This document shows positions 10,538 through 19,366 of a stretch of 64,000 bases of DNA, piece after piece. The stretch covers positions 106,047 to 170,046 of the forward strand of contig CALFXE010000200.1 of the NCBI GenBank assembly GCA_937927845.1, read 5' to 3'. Position 1 is the first letter of the stretch. Each line of letters starts with the position of its first letter. The notes under the pieces were generated by a model. It ran no database searches. It had not been told where the DNA came from and worked only from the letters and a program-made list of their open reading frames with translations. The translations under genes and the position numbers were made by a program. The DNA comes from an uncultured Paludibacter sp. (lineage in GTDB: Bacteria > Bacteroidota > Bacteroidia > Bacteroidales > Paludibacteraceae).

Positions 10538-11749
10538 GTGAAAATGACAAAGTGGATCAAAGCCCTGGTAATTGTGGGAATGTGGCTCATAATACCGATT
10601 AATAGTCATGCTCAGGGCATGGCAAACGAAATGAACAGTCTTCATAATGTCTTAGAACAGCTGTATGATGAAATGATGCCCTTATGTAGTCAGCTTATCG
10701 GTGTCGGACAGGGATTAGCAGGTTTTGCGGCGCTATGGTATATAGCTTCAAGAGTATGGCGGCATTTGGCTAATGCAGAACCGATAGATTTTTATCCCCT
10801 CTTTCGCCCATTTGTAATCGGTTTTTGTATCGCCATTTTTCCAAGTGTAATTGGAATTATCAATGGCGTAATGAAGCCGACTGTAACTGCAACAGCTGCG
10901 ATGATGGAAGGATCTAACAAGGCAATAGCAACTTTGCTGCTGGAAAAGGAAAAAGCGATTAAAGGCACTAAAAAATGGCAAATGTATGTTGGCGAAACCG
11001 GTTCAGGAAACCGTGAGCAATGGGTTAAATATACTTATCCGGAATTGGCAGGTCAGAGTGAAGGTCTTTTGGGAGGGTTGTCTATTGATTTCGAGTTTTT
11101 CATGGAGAAACAGATGTACAATTTCCGCAACTCGGTAAAGGAATGGATGAGTGAGGTATTGCGGGTATTGTTCGAAGCGGCGGCACTTTGCATTGATACC
11201 CTAAGAACATTTCAGCTCATTGTGCTGGCTATTCTGGGGCCGCTGGTGTTTGGGCTCGCGGTATTTGACGGTTTCCAGCATACCCTTACTGTATGGCTGG
11301 CTCGATACATTAATATATTCCTCTGGTTACCTGTGGCTAATGTTTTTGGAAGCATTATCGGGAAAATTCAGGAAAATATGCTCCGTATTGACTTGAGCCA
11401 AATAGACCAGCAAGGGGATACATTTTTCAGCCGTACAGATATGGGATATCTCGTATTTATGATTATCGGAATCATAGGTTATTTCACTGTACCGTCGGTA
11501 GCTAATTATATAGTTCATGCCGGGGGAAGCGCTTTAGGACAAAAAGTGACTTCATTGTTTAGTAACTCTTCGATGAATGCCGTCAATACCGGTAGACAAG
11601 GTGTTGGTATGGCCGCGGACACACTAGGTAATGCGGTTGGAAGAATTCAGCAGGATATGGCATCCTATGCTACTTCATCGCCTTATTTTAATGATGGGAA
11701 AAGCTCTGCGTCTGACTATATGGGAGATAAGCTAAAAGGCAATTCATAA
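10538..11749 (+). CDS. traJ: Conjugative transposon TraJ (VirB6-like)
   Basis: Multiple TM segments; AEPIDFYPLFRPF and WLARYINIFLWLPVA motifs. Confidence 0.9.
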   Translation: MKMTKWIKALVIVGMWLIIPINSHAQGMANEMNSLHNVLEQLYDEMMPLCSQLIGVGQGLAGFAALWYIASRVWRHLANAEPIDFYPLFRPFVIGFCIAIFPSVIGIINGVMKPTVTATAAMMEGSNKAIATLLLEKEKAIKGTKKWQMYVGETGSGNREQWVKYTYPELAGQSEGLLGGLSIDFEFFMEKQMYNFRNSVKEWMSEVLRVLFEAAALCIDTLRTFQLIVLAILGPLVFGLAVFDGFQHTLTVWLARYINIFLWLPVANVFGSIIGKIQENMLRIDLSQIDQQGDTFFSRTDMGYLVFMIIGIIGYFTVPSVANYIVHAGGSALGQKVTSLFSNSSMNAVNTGRQGVGMAADTLGNAVGRIQQDMASYATSSPYFNDGKSSASDYMGDKLKGNS

Positions 11750-11763
11750 CTAAATGCGGAGCT

Positions 11764-12387
11764 ATGTTTAAGAAAATGAAAAATATCGATACCGCATTCC
11801 GTCATGTCAGGAGTTTTACAATTGTTGTGATTATAGCCTGTGCGGTCATAGTCTGTTTCGCTCTTTATAAGAGTTTTAGTTTGGTATCTAACATGCAGGG
11901 AAAAATATACATACTATCCAACGGGAAAGCTTTGGAAGCTTTTTCAGCAGACAGAAAAGATAACATTCCCGTAGAAGCACGTGACCATGTTAAAACATTC
12001 CATTCCTTTTTTTTTACATTAGATCCTGATGATAAGGCAATACAGGCAAATGCAACCAAAGCACTTTATCTGGCTGATGGCAGTGCCAAAAGAATTTATG
12101 ATGATCTGAAGGAAACGGGCTATTATTCCGGGCTGATCTCAGGTAATGTCAATCAAACTATCACAGTGGACAGTGTGGCGGTAAACGTTAATGATTATCC
12201 GTATGCTTTTCGCTGCTATGCCACACAGAACATTGTCAGGCCTACCAGTATCACTACACGAAACCTGATTACCGAGGGTGCTTTGCGCAACGTAAGCCGA
12301 AGTGATAATAATCCGCATGGTTTTTTGATCGAGCGCTGGAATATCATTGAGAACAGGGATTTAAAAACAGAAAACAGGCGACAATAA
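11764..12387 (+). CDS. traK: Conjugative transposon TraK (VirB8-like)
   Basis: FKKMKNIDTAF N-terminus, FHSFFFTLDPD, RSDNNPHGFLIE. Confidence 0.92.
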   Translation: MFKKMKNIDTAFRHVRSFTIVVIIACAVIVCFALYKSFSLVSNMQGKIYILSNGKALEAFSADRKDNIPVEARDHVKTFHSFFFTLDPDDKAIQANATKALYLADGSAKRIYDDLKETGYYSGLISGNVNQTITVDSVAVNVNDYPYAFRCYATQNIVRPTSITTRNLITEGALRNVSRSDNNPHGFLIERWNIIENRDLKTENRRQ

Positions 12388-12388
12388 T

Positions 12389-12796
12389 ATGGGACTTTTT
12401 AAAGAGAAAAAAGATGTTGAAAAGGTATCTGTGCCTTTCAATGGCTTTAATAAAGTTTACGGCTATGTGCAAGCTAAATGGGTTGAAGGCATGAAGATCG
12501 CTACCGCGGAAATGTCTAAGAAAAATTGGCTGGTTTTACTGGTTGTCTTTGTCTTGCTCGGTACGGCTTATAACTTCTGCGTGGTACTTCAGGCGCTAAA
12601 GGGTAAGCAAAGTCCCAGTCCCATCATGCAAATTGCTCCGATAAAGAAACCAGCCAATATCAGTAACACCGGGGAACCAATGCGACCGGCTACCGCAAAA
12701 AAGGATTATTTAAAACTATTGGATAGTGTACAGAAAATAGAAAAACAACTTAATTCACAATTAAAATCAAACAATTATGGAAAAAAAGATGATTAG
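12389..12796 (+). CDS. TraL-position membrane protein
   Basis: Single TM segment; located between traK and traM. Confidence 0.6.
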   Translation: MGLFKEKKDVEKVSVPFNGFNKVYGYVQAKWVEGMKIATAEMSKKNWLVLLVVFVLLGTAYNFCVVLQALKGKQSPSPIMQIAPIKKPANISNTGEPMRPATAKKDYLKLLDSVQKIEKQLNSQLKSNNYGKKDD

Positions 12797-14048
12797 ACAG
12801 CGCAAGTTTTTCCTTGTACTTCCGGTCTTAGCTTTACCATTTATGACCATTTTTTTCTGGGCATTGGGAGGTGGTAAAATGGAAGCATCGGAATCAAAAG
12901 AGGTTAAGAAAACTGGATTTAATGCTTTACTGCCGGATGCGAATCTAAAAGAGATTAAGGCAATGGACAAAATGAGTTATTACGACAAGGCAAAACTGGA
13001 TTCGGTTAAATTTCAGGAGCTCATTAAAAATGACCCCAACTATCAGGATATGTCTATGGGAGCTGGTTCTCCTGATTATGCTGCCACAGGTTTAGGGAAC
13101 TATTCCGGACTCAATACTTCATTAAACAGAAGAAACAGTTTTAACAACCCTAATGAAGAGAAGATTTATCAAAAATTGGCTGAACTGAACAGAGAAATGA
13201 ATAAACCTGCGATAACTAACGCAGCTTATTCAAACGTTCCGAATTATAGCAATGGTTCAGTCAGTTCTCCAATGGGCACGGGCGATGTAGACAAACTGGA
13301 ACAAATGATGAAAATGATGAATCAGTCCAACGGAGAAGATCCTGAAATGAGACAATTAAACGGTATGCTGGAGAAAATCTTAGATATTCAACATCCCGGC
13401 AGAGTACAGGAGAAATTAAACCAATCTTCCAAGATGAAAAAGGGACAGGTATATCCTGTAACCAACAAGAGTTTAGAGAATGTGGTTTCCTTATTGCAGT
13501 CAAAGCCAGGAGCGAACGAAAAAGGCAATGCATTCTATGCATTGGAAGATATGGGTGTTTCGGAGAATGTTCAGAATGCGATACAAGCTGTGATTCATGA
13601 GAATCAAACACTGGTGAACGGTTCAACAGTGAAATTAAGACTTGTCCAAGATGTTCAGATAAACGGTGTTATTATTCCAAAAGATCATTTTTTGTTTGGT
13701 GTAACAGCACTAAATGGAGAAAGATTGGGAATCAAGATAGATAATATCCGGTTCGGGAATTCATTATTTCCGGTGGAGCTTACCGTATATGATCTTGATG
13801 GAATGGATGGTATCTATATACCCGGTGCCATAACAAGGGATGTTGCCAAGCAATCAGCCGAGCGTTCGATGCAAAATATAGGAATGACAAGCCTTGATCC
13901 TTCCTGGGAAATGCAGGCTGCCGGAGCTGGCATTGAAGCAGCCAAAAGTCTGTTTAGTAAAAAAGTAAAACTTATAAAGGTGGTTGTAAAAGCCGGCTAT
14001 CAGGTTCTTTTGCGTGATGAAAAACAGAAACAGAGCTTAACAGATTAA
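12777..14048 (+). CDS. traM: Conjugative transposon TraM (VirB10-like)
   Basis: N-terminal TM; AVIHENQTLVNGSTVKLRL and VYDLDGMDGIYIPG motifs. Confidence 0.9.
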   Translation: MEKKMIRQRKFFLVLPVLALPFMTIFFWALGGGKMEASESKEVKKTGFNALLPDANLKEIKAMDKMSYYDKAKLDSVKFQELIKNDPNYQDMSMGAGSPDYAATGLGNYSGLNTSLNRRNSFNNPNEEKIYQKLAELNREMNKPAITNAAYSNVPNYSNGSVSSPMGTGDVDKLEQMMKMMNQSNGEDPEMRQLNGMLEKILDIQHPGRVQEKLNQSSKMKKGQVYPVTNKSLENVVSLLQSKPGANEKGNAFYALEDMGVSENVQNAIQAVIHENQTLVNGSTVKLRLVQDVQINGVIIPKDHFLFGVTALNGERLGIKIDNIRFGNSLFPVELTVYDLDGMDGIYIPGAITRDVAKQSAERSMQNIGMTSLDPSWEMQAAGAGIEAAKSLFSKKVKLIKVVVKAGYQVLLRDEKQKQSLTD

Positions 14049-14072
14049 ATATTAACTATAAAATTCCAAAAG

Positions 14073-14933
14073 ATGAAGAAGATTAGTGTAGCGGTAGTGA
14101 TGATAATGGGATTTTTCCTTTTTATAGGCGGCAATTTAAGTGCATTGGCACAAAAATCAAACAAGGTTAAAACAACTTCGATTCAACCTTACAGGTTAGA
14201 AATATCTTTCCTTAAGACCAGTAACATTGTCTTCCCGCAGGCTATTGTGAGTGTGGATCGAGGCAGTCGAGATATTTTGGTGCAAAAGGCAAAAGGAGTG
14301 GAAAATATACTTCAGATAAAGGCTGCAAAAGAAGATTTTCAGGAAACAAACCTTACGGTGGTAACTGCTGATGGAAAAATCAATTCTTTTGTTATTAATT
14401 ATTCCAAACAACCGGCGATGCTCAATTTGTCATTAACCGATGACGTTTATAAGCCCGGTACCGTATTTCTGAGCCCTGAGCATATTAATAAATATGAAAC
14501 AGAAATCTATGCTCAAAAGGCTCTGACCTCTAAAAACAGGGTAAAGCGCATTACAGACGTAAAGTTTGGAATGCTATTGCAATTGAATGGCATTTTTATC
14601 CAAAACAACTTGCTGTATGCCCGAATTAAGATAGAGAATTTCTCAAACCTGAATTATGATGTAGAACAGCTTCGTTTTTTCATCCGTGACAAGAAAAAAT
14701 CCAAGCGTACTGCTTCGCAGGAAAATGAAGTCATGCCAGTTTTCGCATACCAAAATACCGATAAGATTATTGGGAAGTCCGCACAAAATATGGTGTTTTC
14801 ATTGCCAAAATTCACAATTCCGGACGACAAACTGCTGATTATTCAACTCATGGAAAAAAATGGCGGAAGACATTTGGAGCTGGAAGTAAATAATACAACT
14901 ATCGTCAAATCCACTGTACTGCCAAAAATATAG
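14073..14933 (+). CDS. traN: Conjugative transposon TraN (VirB9-like)
   Basis: Signal peptide; KTSNIVFP..VDRGS, ETNLTVVT, KFTIPDDK, EKNGGRH. Confidence 0.9.
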   Translation: MKKISVAVVMIMGFFLFIGGNLSALAQKSNKVKTTSIQPYRLEISFLKTSNIVFPQAIVSVDRGSRDILVQKAKGVENILQIKAAKEDFQETNLTVVTADGKINSFVINYSKQPAMLNLSLTDDVYKPGTVFLSPEHINKYETEIYAQKALTSKNRVKRITDVKFGMLLQLNGIFIQNNLLYARIKIENFSNLNYDVEQLRFFIRDKKKSKRTASQENEVMPVFAYQNTDKIIGKSAQNMVFSLPKFTIPDDKLLIIQLMEKNGGRHLELEVNNTTIVKSTVLPKI

Positions 14934-14974
14934 GCTAGATAACTGAATAACTAACTAAACAGAAGGGATGGAAA

Positions 14975-16069
14975 ATGATGAGACATGGAAGTTTATTTAG
15001 TGGAATAGGCGGCTTTGATCTTGCCGCAGAATGGATGCAGTGGTTTAATATTTTTAATTGCGAAAAGGACTCATTCTGTAGGCAAGTGTTGACTTATTAT
15101 TGGCCTGAAGCAGAAAATTATGAAGATATATTCGAGTTCGACGCAGCTCAGTATCGAGGATGTGTTGATATTATCACAGGAGGCTTCCCCTGCCAGCCGT
15201 TCAGTCAGGCCGGACGGAGAAAGGGCAAGACAGATGACCGCTACCTCTGGCCGGAAACTCGCAGAGTTATTATGGAAGCAAGACCTAAGTGGATCGTTCT
15301 TGAAAACGTTGCTGGACTGTTCACCATTTTGGAGCCAGAAAGTTTATCTCAAATGGAAATCGAAACGATTGAGCTTTTTTGTTCAAACAGTAAGCAGGAA
15401 GCAAACAAGACAATCATCAAGCTTCAACGAAGAGTCATTGGAAGTATTATTTCAGAAATTGAATCAGCAGGATATGTACTACCTCGACTTGAAGACGGGA
15501 CGCCAGTCGTTCTGTGTATTCCAGCTGCATCCGTCAACGCCCCGCACCGCAGAGACAGAGTCTGGTTTGTTGCCTACTCCAAACACCATACAGATTGGCA
15601 GGATTTCGATAGACAGTCAGACCCTGGAAGTGAGCGAAAGGACAATGAAGGACGCATTGATCATGATAGCGGCATCCAACGGCCTGATTCCCACAGTTAC
15701 GGTAATGGACGGGACGGGCGCGACATCAAAAATGAAATCTTCGCAAGTCAAACAAGGCAGCATGCACAGCATGACGCTGGTAAGATTGATCGCGATGCTT
15801 CCTACTCCGGTAGCGAGAGATTGGAAGGGAAAGACAGCAAACGAACTGGAAAGCCTGCCTGGAGCCGTGAAATTCCTCATTGGAATGGATGGCCAGCTCA
15901 ACCCGCGATTTGTGGCGGAGATGATGGGCTTTCCCGCAGATTGGACGCAATTACCTTTCCAAAATGGCGAATGGAAAGCGTCAAGGGGTACGGAAATGCC
16001 ATAGTGCCACAGGTTGCACTGGAATTATTCAAGGCTATAGAATCAGTAGAGAAACAATCAGGACATTAA
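14975..16069 (+). CDS. C5-cytosine DNA methyltransferase, large (alpha) subunit lacking motif IX
   Basis: Motif I LFSGIGGF, IV GFPCQPFS, VI ENV, VIII HRRDRVW, X YGNAIVPQ. Confidence 0.9.
   Translation: MMRHGSLFSGIGGFDLAAEWMQWFNIFNCEKDSFCRQVLTYYWPEAENYEDIFEFDAAQYRGCVDIITGGFPCQPFSQAGRRKGKTDDRYLWPETRRVIMEARPKWIVLENVAGLFTILEPESLSQMEIETIELFCSNSKQEANKTIIKLQRRVIGSIISEIESAGYVLPRLEDGTPVVLCIPAASVNAPHRRDRVWFVAYSKHHTDWQDFDRQSDPGSERKDNEGRIDHDSGIQRPDSHSYGNGRDGRDIKNEIFASQTRQHAQHDAGKIDRDASYSGSERLEGKDSKRTGKPAWSREIPHWNGWPAQPAICGGDDGLSRRLDAITFPKWRMESVKGYGNAIVPQVALELFKAIESVEKQSGH
15120..16004 (+). CDS. Nested +1-frame ORF: putative beta subunit of the C5-methyltransferase (motif IX plus TRD-like region); an alternative start is ATG 15234
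   Basis: 294 open codons wholly inside the MTase gene; GQLNPRFVAEMMGFPADWT matches motif IX; repeated (L/M)(L/I)PT(P/V) units. Confidence 0.75.
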   Translation: MKIYSSSTQLSIEDVLILSQEASPASRSVRPDGERARQMTATSGRKLAELLWKQDLSGSFLKTLLDCSPFWSQKVYLKWKSKRLSFFVQTVSRKQTRQSSSFNEESLEVLFQKLNQQDMYYLDLKTGRQSFCVFQLHPSTPRTAETESGLLPTPNTIQIGRISIDSQTLEVSERTMKDALIMIAASNGLIPTVTVMDGTGATSKMKSSQVKQGSMHSMTLVRLIAMLPTPVARDWKGKTANELESLPGAVKFLIGMDGQLNPRFVAEMMGFPADWTQLPFQNGEWKASRGTEMP

Positions 16070-16072
16070 ACA

Positions 16073-17242
16073 TTGATTATGAAAATAAGGAAGGACAATT
16101 ATCAAAAAATTCTTGAATACTTCATCAGAAAACGTGAAGAAGGCTATGAATTTGTGGCTTTTTTTGAAGATACCAACCCGACTGATAAAAGCGAACTATT
16201 TTTTTTTTCTACACAATTAGACGTTCAGGAGTTCTGCTATGAAATGGCAACAGATATAGATAAATATGATTATCTGGCGATAAGGTCTGCCTATAGAACA
16301 ATGGCAGAAGCCCATCAAGACAATAGTCTTATGCTAGAAAAAGATGGCGTTGTTGATTTGGAATCAATGGTTGCTATGCGATATCACCGATTAGAAACAG
16401 AAAAATTAAACCACAATCAAAATGCAAAAGTTATGAACGAGAAAAACTTAGAATACCTGGCAAATCAGGTAAAGTACACAGGTTTTGGAGAGGAGTTCGA
16501 GAATGAACTCAGGAAAAAGATAAAAAAAGAACCGGACGAATTCTCCCTGAAATATTCAACTTCTTTTGGAAAGGATAAGGTAGATGCGAAGTTGAAATTT
16601 AGCAAATCAAAACAAACTGATATGTATTTCTTCAATTCATATCAGTTAGGCATGGAGAAACAGAATGCTCATAAAGTTGAGCAAACTTTTTATATCAATA
16701 AGGGTAACAATATCACTTTAAAAGAAGCATACAACCTGCTAAGCGGACGTGCAGTAAATAAAGACTTGACCAACAGTGAAGGACAATTATACAACGCGTG
16801 GGTGCAGCTTGATTTTAAAGAGACAGATGAAAGCGGAAATTTTAAATTGAAAAAGTACAGTGAAAACTACGGTTATGATCTTGAATCTGCCTTAGAAAAT
16901 CATCCGATTAAGGAATTAAATAACGAAGAGTATAAAGGCAATCTTATTGATTCCTTAAAAAAAGGTAATCTGCAATCCGCTACATTTATCAATGATGGGA
17001 AGGAAGAAAAACGTTTTATTTCGGCCAATCCTAAGTTCAAGATTATAAATCTGTTTGACAACGATATTAAAAGGATTGGAAGCAAGAAAAATCAAGAGAA
17101 AGATAATAAGAAGGATCAGACAGAAAAAAAGGGTAACACTCAAAAAACAGGTAAGGGTAATAAAACCGCTGATACATCTGAACCCGAGGCTCCTGATGTA
17201 CCGGAACAAAGAAAGCGTAAAGGTAAATCACAATCTGCATAA
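16073..17242 (+). CDS. Conserved ICE hypothetical protein; probable internal or true start at 16433 (MNEKNLEYL)
   Basis: Paralogous to 17274..18311 (YNLLSGRAV, WxQLxF, PIKE, ANP); Lys-rich tail. Confidence 0.75.
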   Translation: MIMKIRKDNYQKILEYFIRKREEGYEFVAFFEDTNPTDKSELFFFSTQLDVQEFCYEMATDIDKYDYLAIRSAYRTMAEAHQDNSLMLEKDGVVDLESMVAMRYHRLETEKLNHNQNAKVMNEKNLEYLANQVKYTGFGEEFENELRKKIKKEPDEFSLKYSTSFGKDKVDAKLKFSKSKQTDMYFFNSYQLGMEKQNAHKVEQTFYINKGNNITLKEAYNLLSGRAVNKDLTNSEGQLYNAWVQLDFKETDESGNFKLKKYSENYGYDLESALENHPIKELNNEEYKGNLIDSLKKGNLQSATFINDGKEEKRFISANPKFKIINLFDNDIKRIGSKKNQEKDNKKDQTEKKGNTQKTGKGNKTADTSEPEAPDVPEQRKRKGKSQSA

Positions 17243-17273
17243 CTAATGGTAATCCTAACTTAAGATTTTTGAT

Positions 17274-18311
17274 ATGGACAATCAGGATAACAGAATAGAG
17301 AGAGAACTCAGTCAATGGAAATTAAGAGAAGGAAGGCTTGAAAAGTTACTATCTTTCAGTCTATCTTCAAATAAGGCGCTTCTAAAGGAAAAGCTCATTT
17401 TTTTTGACAGAATTACTACAAGATATGCAAGTACCCTTAATCCGGATGAACGCTTTGCATTAAGAGCTTTAAAACATGAAAGAAGAGATATTGAGAGAAG
17501 ATTATACCCAAATCCTCTGCTACGTCTTTTACGTCGCCCTTTAAGGGAAAAAATTGTTGCTAATCAGGAGTCTCGTCAATTGGAAAACAATAGCCGCGAG
17601 TTACAACGAGAAATACAAAAAGCAGGCTTTGCCTACCTGACAAAAGATATTGAAAAGCAAATGAAGAGTGGTCAACCTCAATTTTCGGTGTCATCGTCAC
17701 ATTACATTAATGAAACAGAGAGCCTACAGCATCGGCTTTCTTTTGCTAAAGATTCAAGCGGAAACTATTGTTTTGAAGGATATAGCACTGCCCTGTATAA
17801 TGAAAAAAAAACTGAAGAGAGTAGGCAACAGTTTTTTAAAACTGAAAACGGACTAGAAATCAACTCGATTGAGAGCTACAACCTTTTGTCAGGAAGAGCT
17901 GTAGAGAAGGACGGCAAATGGTTACAATTAAATTTTAATGACCGTGACCCTCAGGGAAATTATCGAATGAAAGAATTTCATTCCGATTTTGGATATCAGC
18001 TTGACAAGGTATTAGACGGATTGCCGATTAAGGAGAAACAGGATTACGACTTGATTAGGAAGTTGAACGATAATTTGAAACAGGGAAATCGGGAGGTGGT
18101 GAGCTTTGTAAAGGATGGCAACTTGCATAAATTCTATTTAGAAGCCAATCCTCAATATAAATCGGTGACAATTTATGATGAACATTCAAAGAAGGTTACT
18201 TTAAATGCTGCCCTCGGTAACAAAACCTCAGAAGGATTAAAAACTAGTCATAAACTCAATGAACAGCAAAAAGAAGGTGCTGTGAAGCGTAATGGTGTGA
18301 AGCTTTCCTAA
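17274..18311 (+). CDS. Conserved ICE hypothetical protein, paralogue of the preceding gene
   Basis: 345-aa ORF with shared motifs YNLLSGRAV/WLQLNF/PIKE/EANPQYK. Confidence 0.75.
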   Translation: MDNQDNRIERELSQWKLREGRLEKLLSFSLSSNKALLKEKLIFFDRITTRYASTLNPDERFALRALKHERRDIERRLYPNPLLRLLRRPLREKIVANQESRQLENNSRELQREIQKAGFAYLTKDIEKQMKSGQPQFSVSSSHYINETESLQHRLSFAKDSSGNYCFEGYSTALYNEKKTEESRQQFFKTENGLEINSIESYNLLSGRAVEKDGKWLQLNFNDRDPQGNYRMKEFHSDFGYQLDKVLDGLPIKEKQDYDLIRKLNDNLKQGNREVVSFVKDGNLHKFYLEANPQYKSVTIYDEHSKKVTLNAALGNKTSEGLKTSHKLNEQQKEGAVKRNGVKLS

Positions 18312-18322
18312 ATCGATGTACT

Positions 18323-18607
18323 ATGAATGAAGTTAAACATTTATCGGATTTCTTTTCTGCCATAGAAAATGATGGGAGGATCAGTATTACCCATATCGGG
18401 ATTTATGCTGCATTATTGCAATACAGGAAGTTGAAGGATTTTGTAAACCCTATTCAGGTTTTTAGCCATGAGATAATGAGAATTGCGAAAATATCCGCAC
18501 AGACTACCTATCATAAATGTGTGAAGGATTTAAATGAGTACGGGTATATTAATTATCAACCATCTTATAAGAATAACGTAGGTAGTAAAATTTATTTTAA
18601 TGAATAG
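18323..18607 (+). CDS. Small winged-helix DNA-binding protein
   Basis: TYHKCVKDLNEYGYINYQPS wHTH-like segment; paralogue of 18997..19305. Confidence 0.7.
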   Translation: MNEVKHLSDFFSAIENDGRISITHIGIYAALLQYRKLKDFVNPIQVFSHEIMRIAKISAQTTYHKCVKDLNEYGYINYQPSYKNNVGSKIYFNE

Positions 18608-18718
18608 CCAATGCATCTTTTAAAAGAGACTAAGGGAGTAAGGTGTTTTCCAGACTGGAGTCTGAAAATTAGCATAGTAGAAATATAGTAAACGGTCAAA
18701 TATTGGAGGAGAAAGATT

Positions 18719-19000
18719 ATGGAGGGAGGATTAAACAAAGATGACCTAAGGCAATTTGGATTAATGCTTAGGAATGAGATTAGCGAAATGCTAACTAAAC
18801 GGGAGGCTACTGATCGTCCAGACCTACATCCGGGATGGATAAAAAGTAGGAAAGTCAGGGCTATGCTTGATATGTCTGCCGGAACATTACAGAGCTTAAG
18901 AATATCTGGAAAAGTTAGGCATAAAAAGGTGCTGGGTTCCTACTACTATAGTGAAGAGGATTTGAAATCGCTATTCGCTGAAAATGAGAACCGCAGATGA
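18719..19000 (+). CDS. HTH_17/excisionase-like DNA-binding protein
   Basis: WIKSRKVRAMLDMSAGTLQSLRISG..KVLGSYYY MerR-like HTH; lies near the integrase. Confidence 0.75.
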   Translation: MEGGLNKDDLRQFGLMLRNEISEMLTKREATDRPDLHPGWIKSRKVRAMLDMSAGTLQSLRISGKVRHKKVLGSYYYSEEDLKSLFAENENRR

Positions 19001-19305
19001 CTTTTGAACTATTACAAGCTTATCTTCGGCTATTCGAAAAGGATAAAAAGCTTAATGTATGGCATCAGGCATTACTGAATGCGATCTTACATCTTGCATG
19101 TCTACAAAAGCAAAAGAAAGTTATCAGGGTTAGCAGGCGACGACTTATGGCTTTTTCCCATATTTCAACTTTGCCGACCTATCATAAATACTTTAAGGAG
19201 CTTCAAGATATGGGCTACATCGCTTATAGACCTTCATATCATCCTGGCTACAAAAGTGAGATTGAACTATTGATAAGCCCTAAGATCAGCATAAAAAAGG
19301 TATAA
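18997..19305 (+). CDS. Small winged-helix DNA-binding protein
   Basis: TYHKYFKELQDMGYIAYRPS; ATGA start/stop overlap with the upstream gene. Confidence 0.7.
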   Translation: MTFELLQAYLRLFEKDKKLNVWHQALLNAILHLACLQKQKKVIRVSRRRLMAFSHISTLPTYHKYFKELQDMGYIAYRPSYHPGYKSEIELLISPKISIKKV

Positions 19306-19348
19306 AATAAGCCCTCCCGTTTCAATAAAGCAGGAGGGCTTATTTTTT
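19304..19348. terminator. Bidirectional intrinsic terminator between convergent genes
   Basis: aaaataagccctcc ... ggagggcttatttttt inverted repeat. Confidence 0.75.
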
Positions 19349-19366
19349 AAGATTAGTCTTTAATAA

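Noticed and set aside
14975-18311. Restriction-modification system
   Set aside because: No recognisable endonuclease beside the MTase; neighbours are conserved ICE genes
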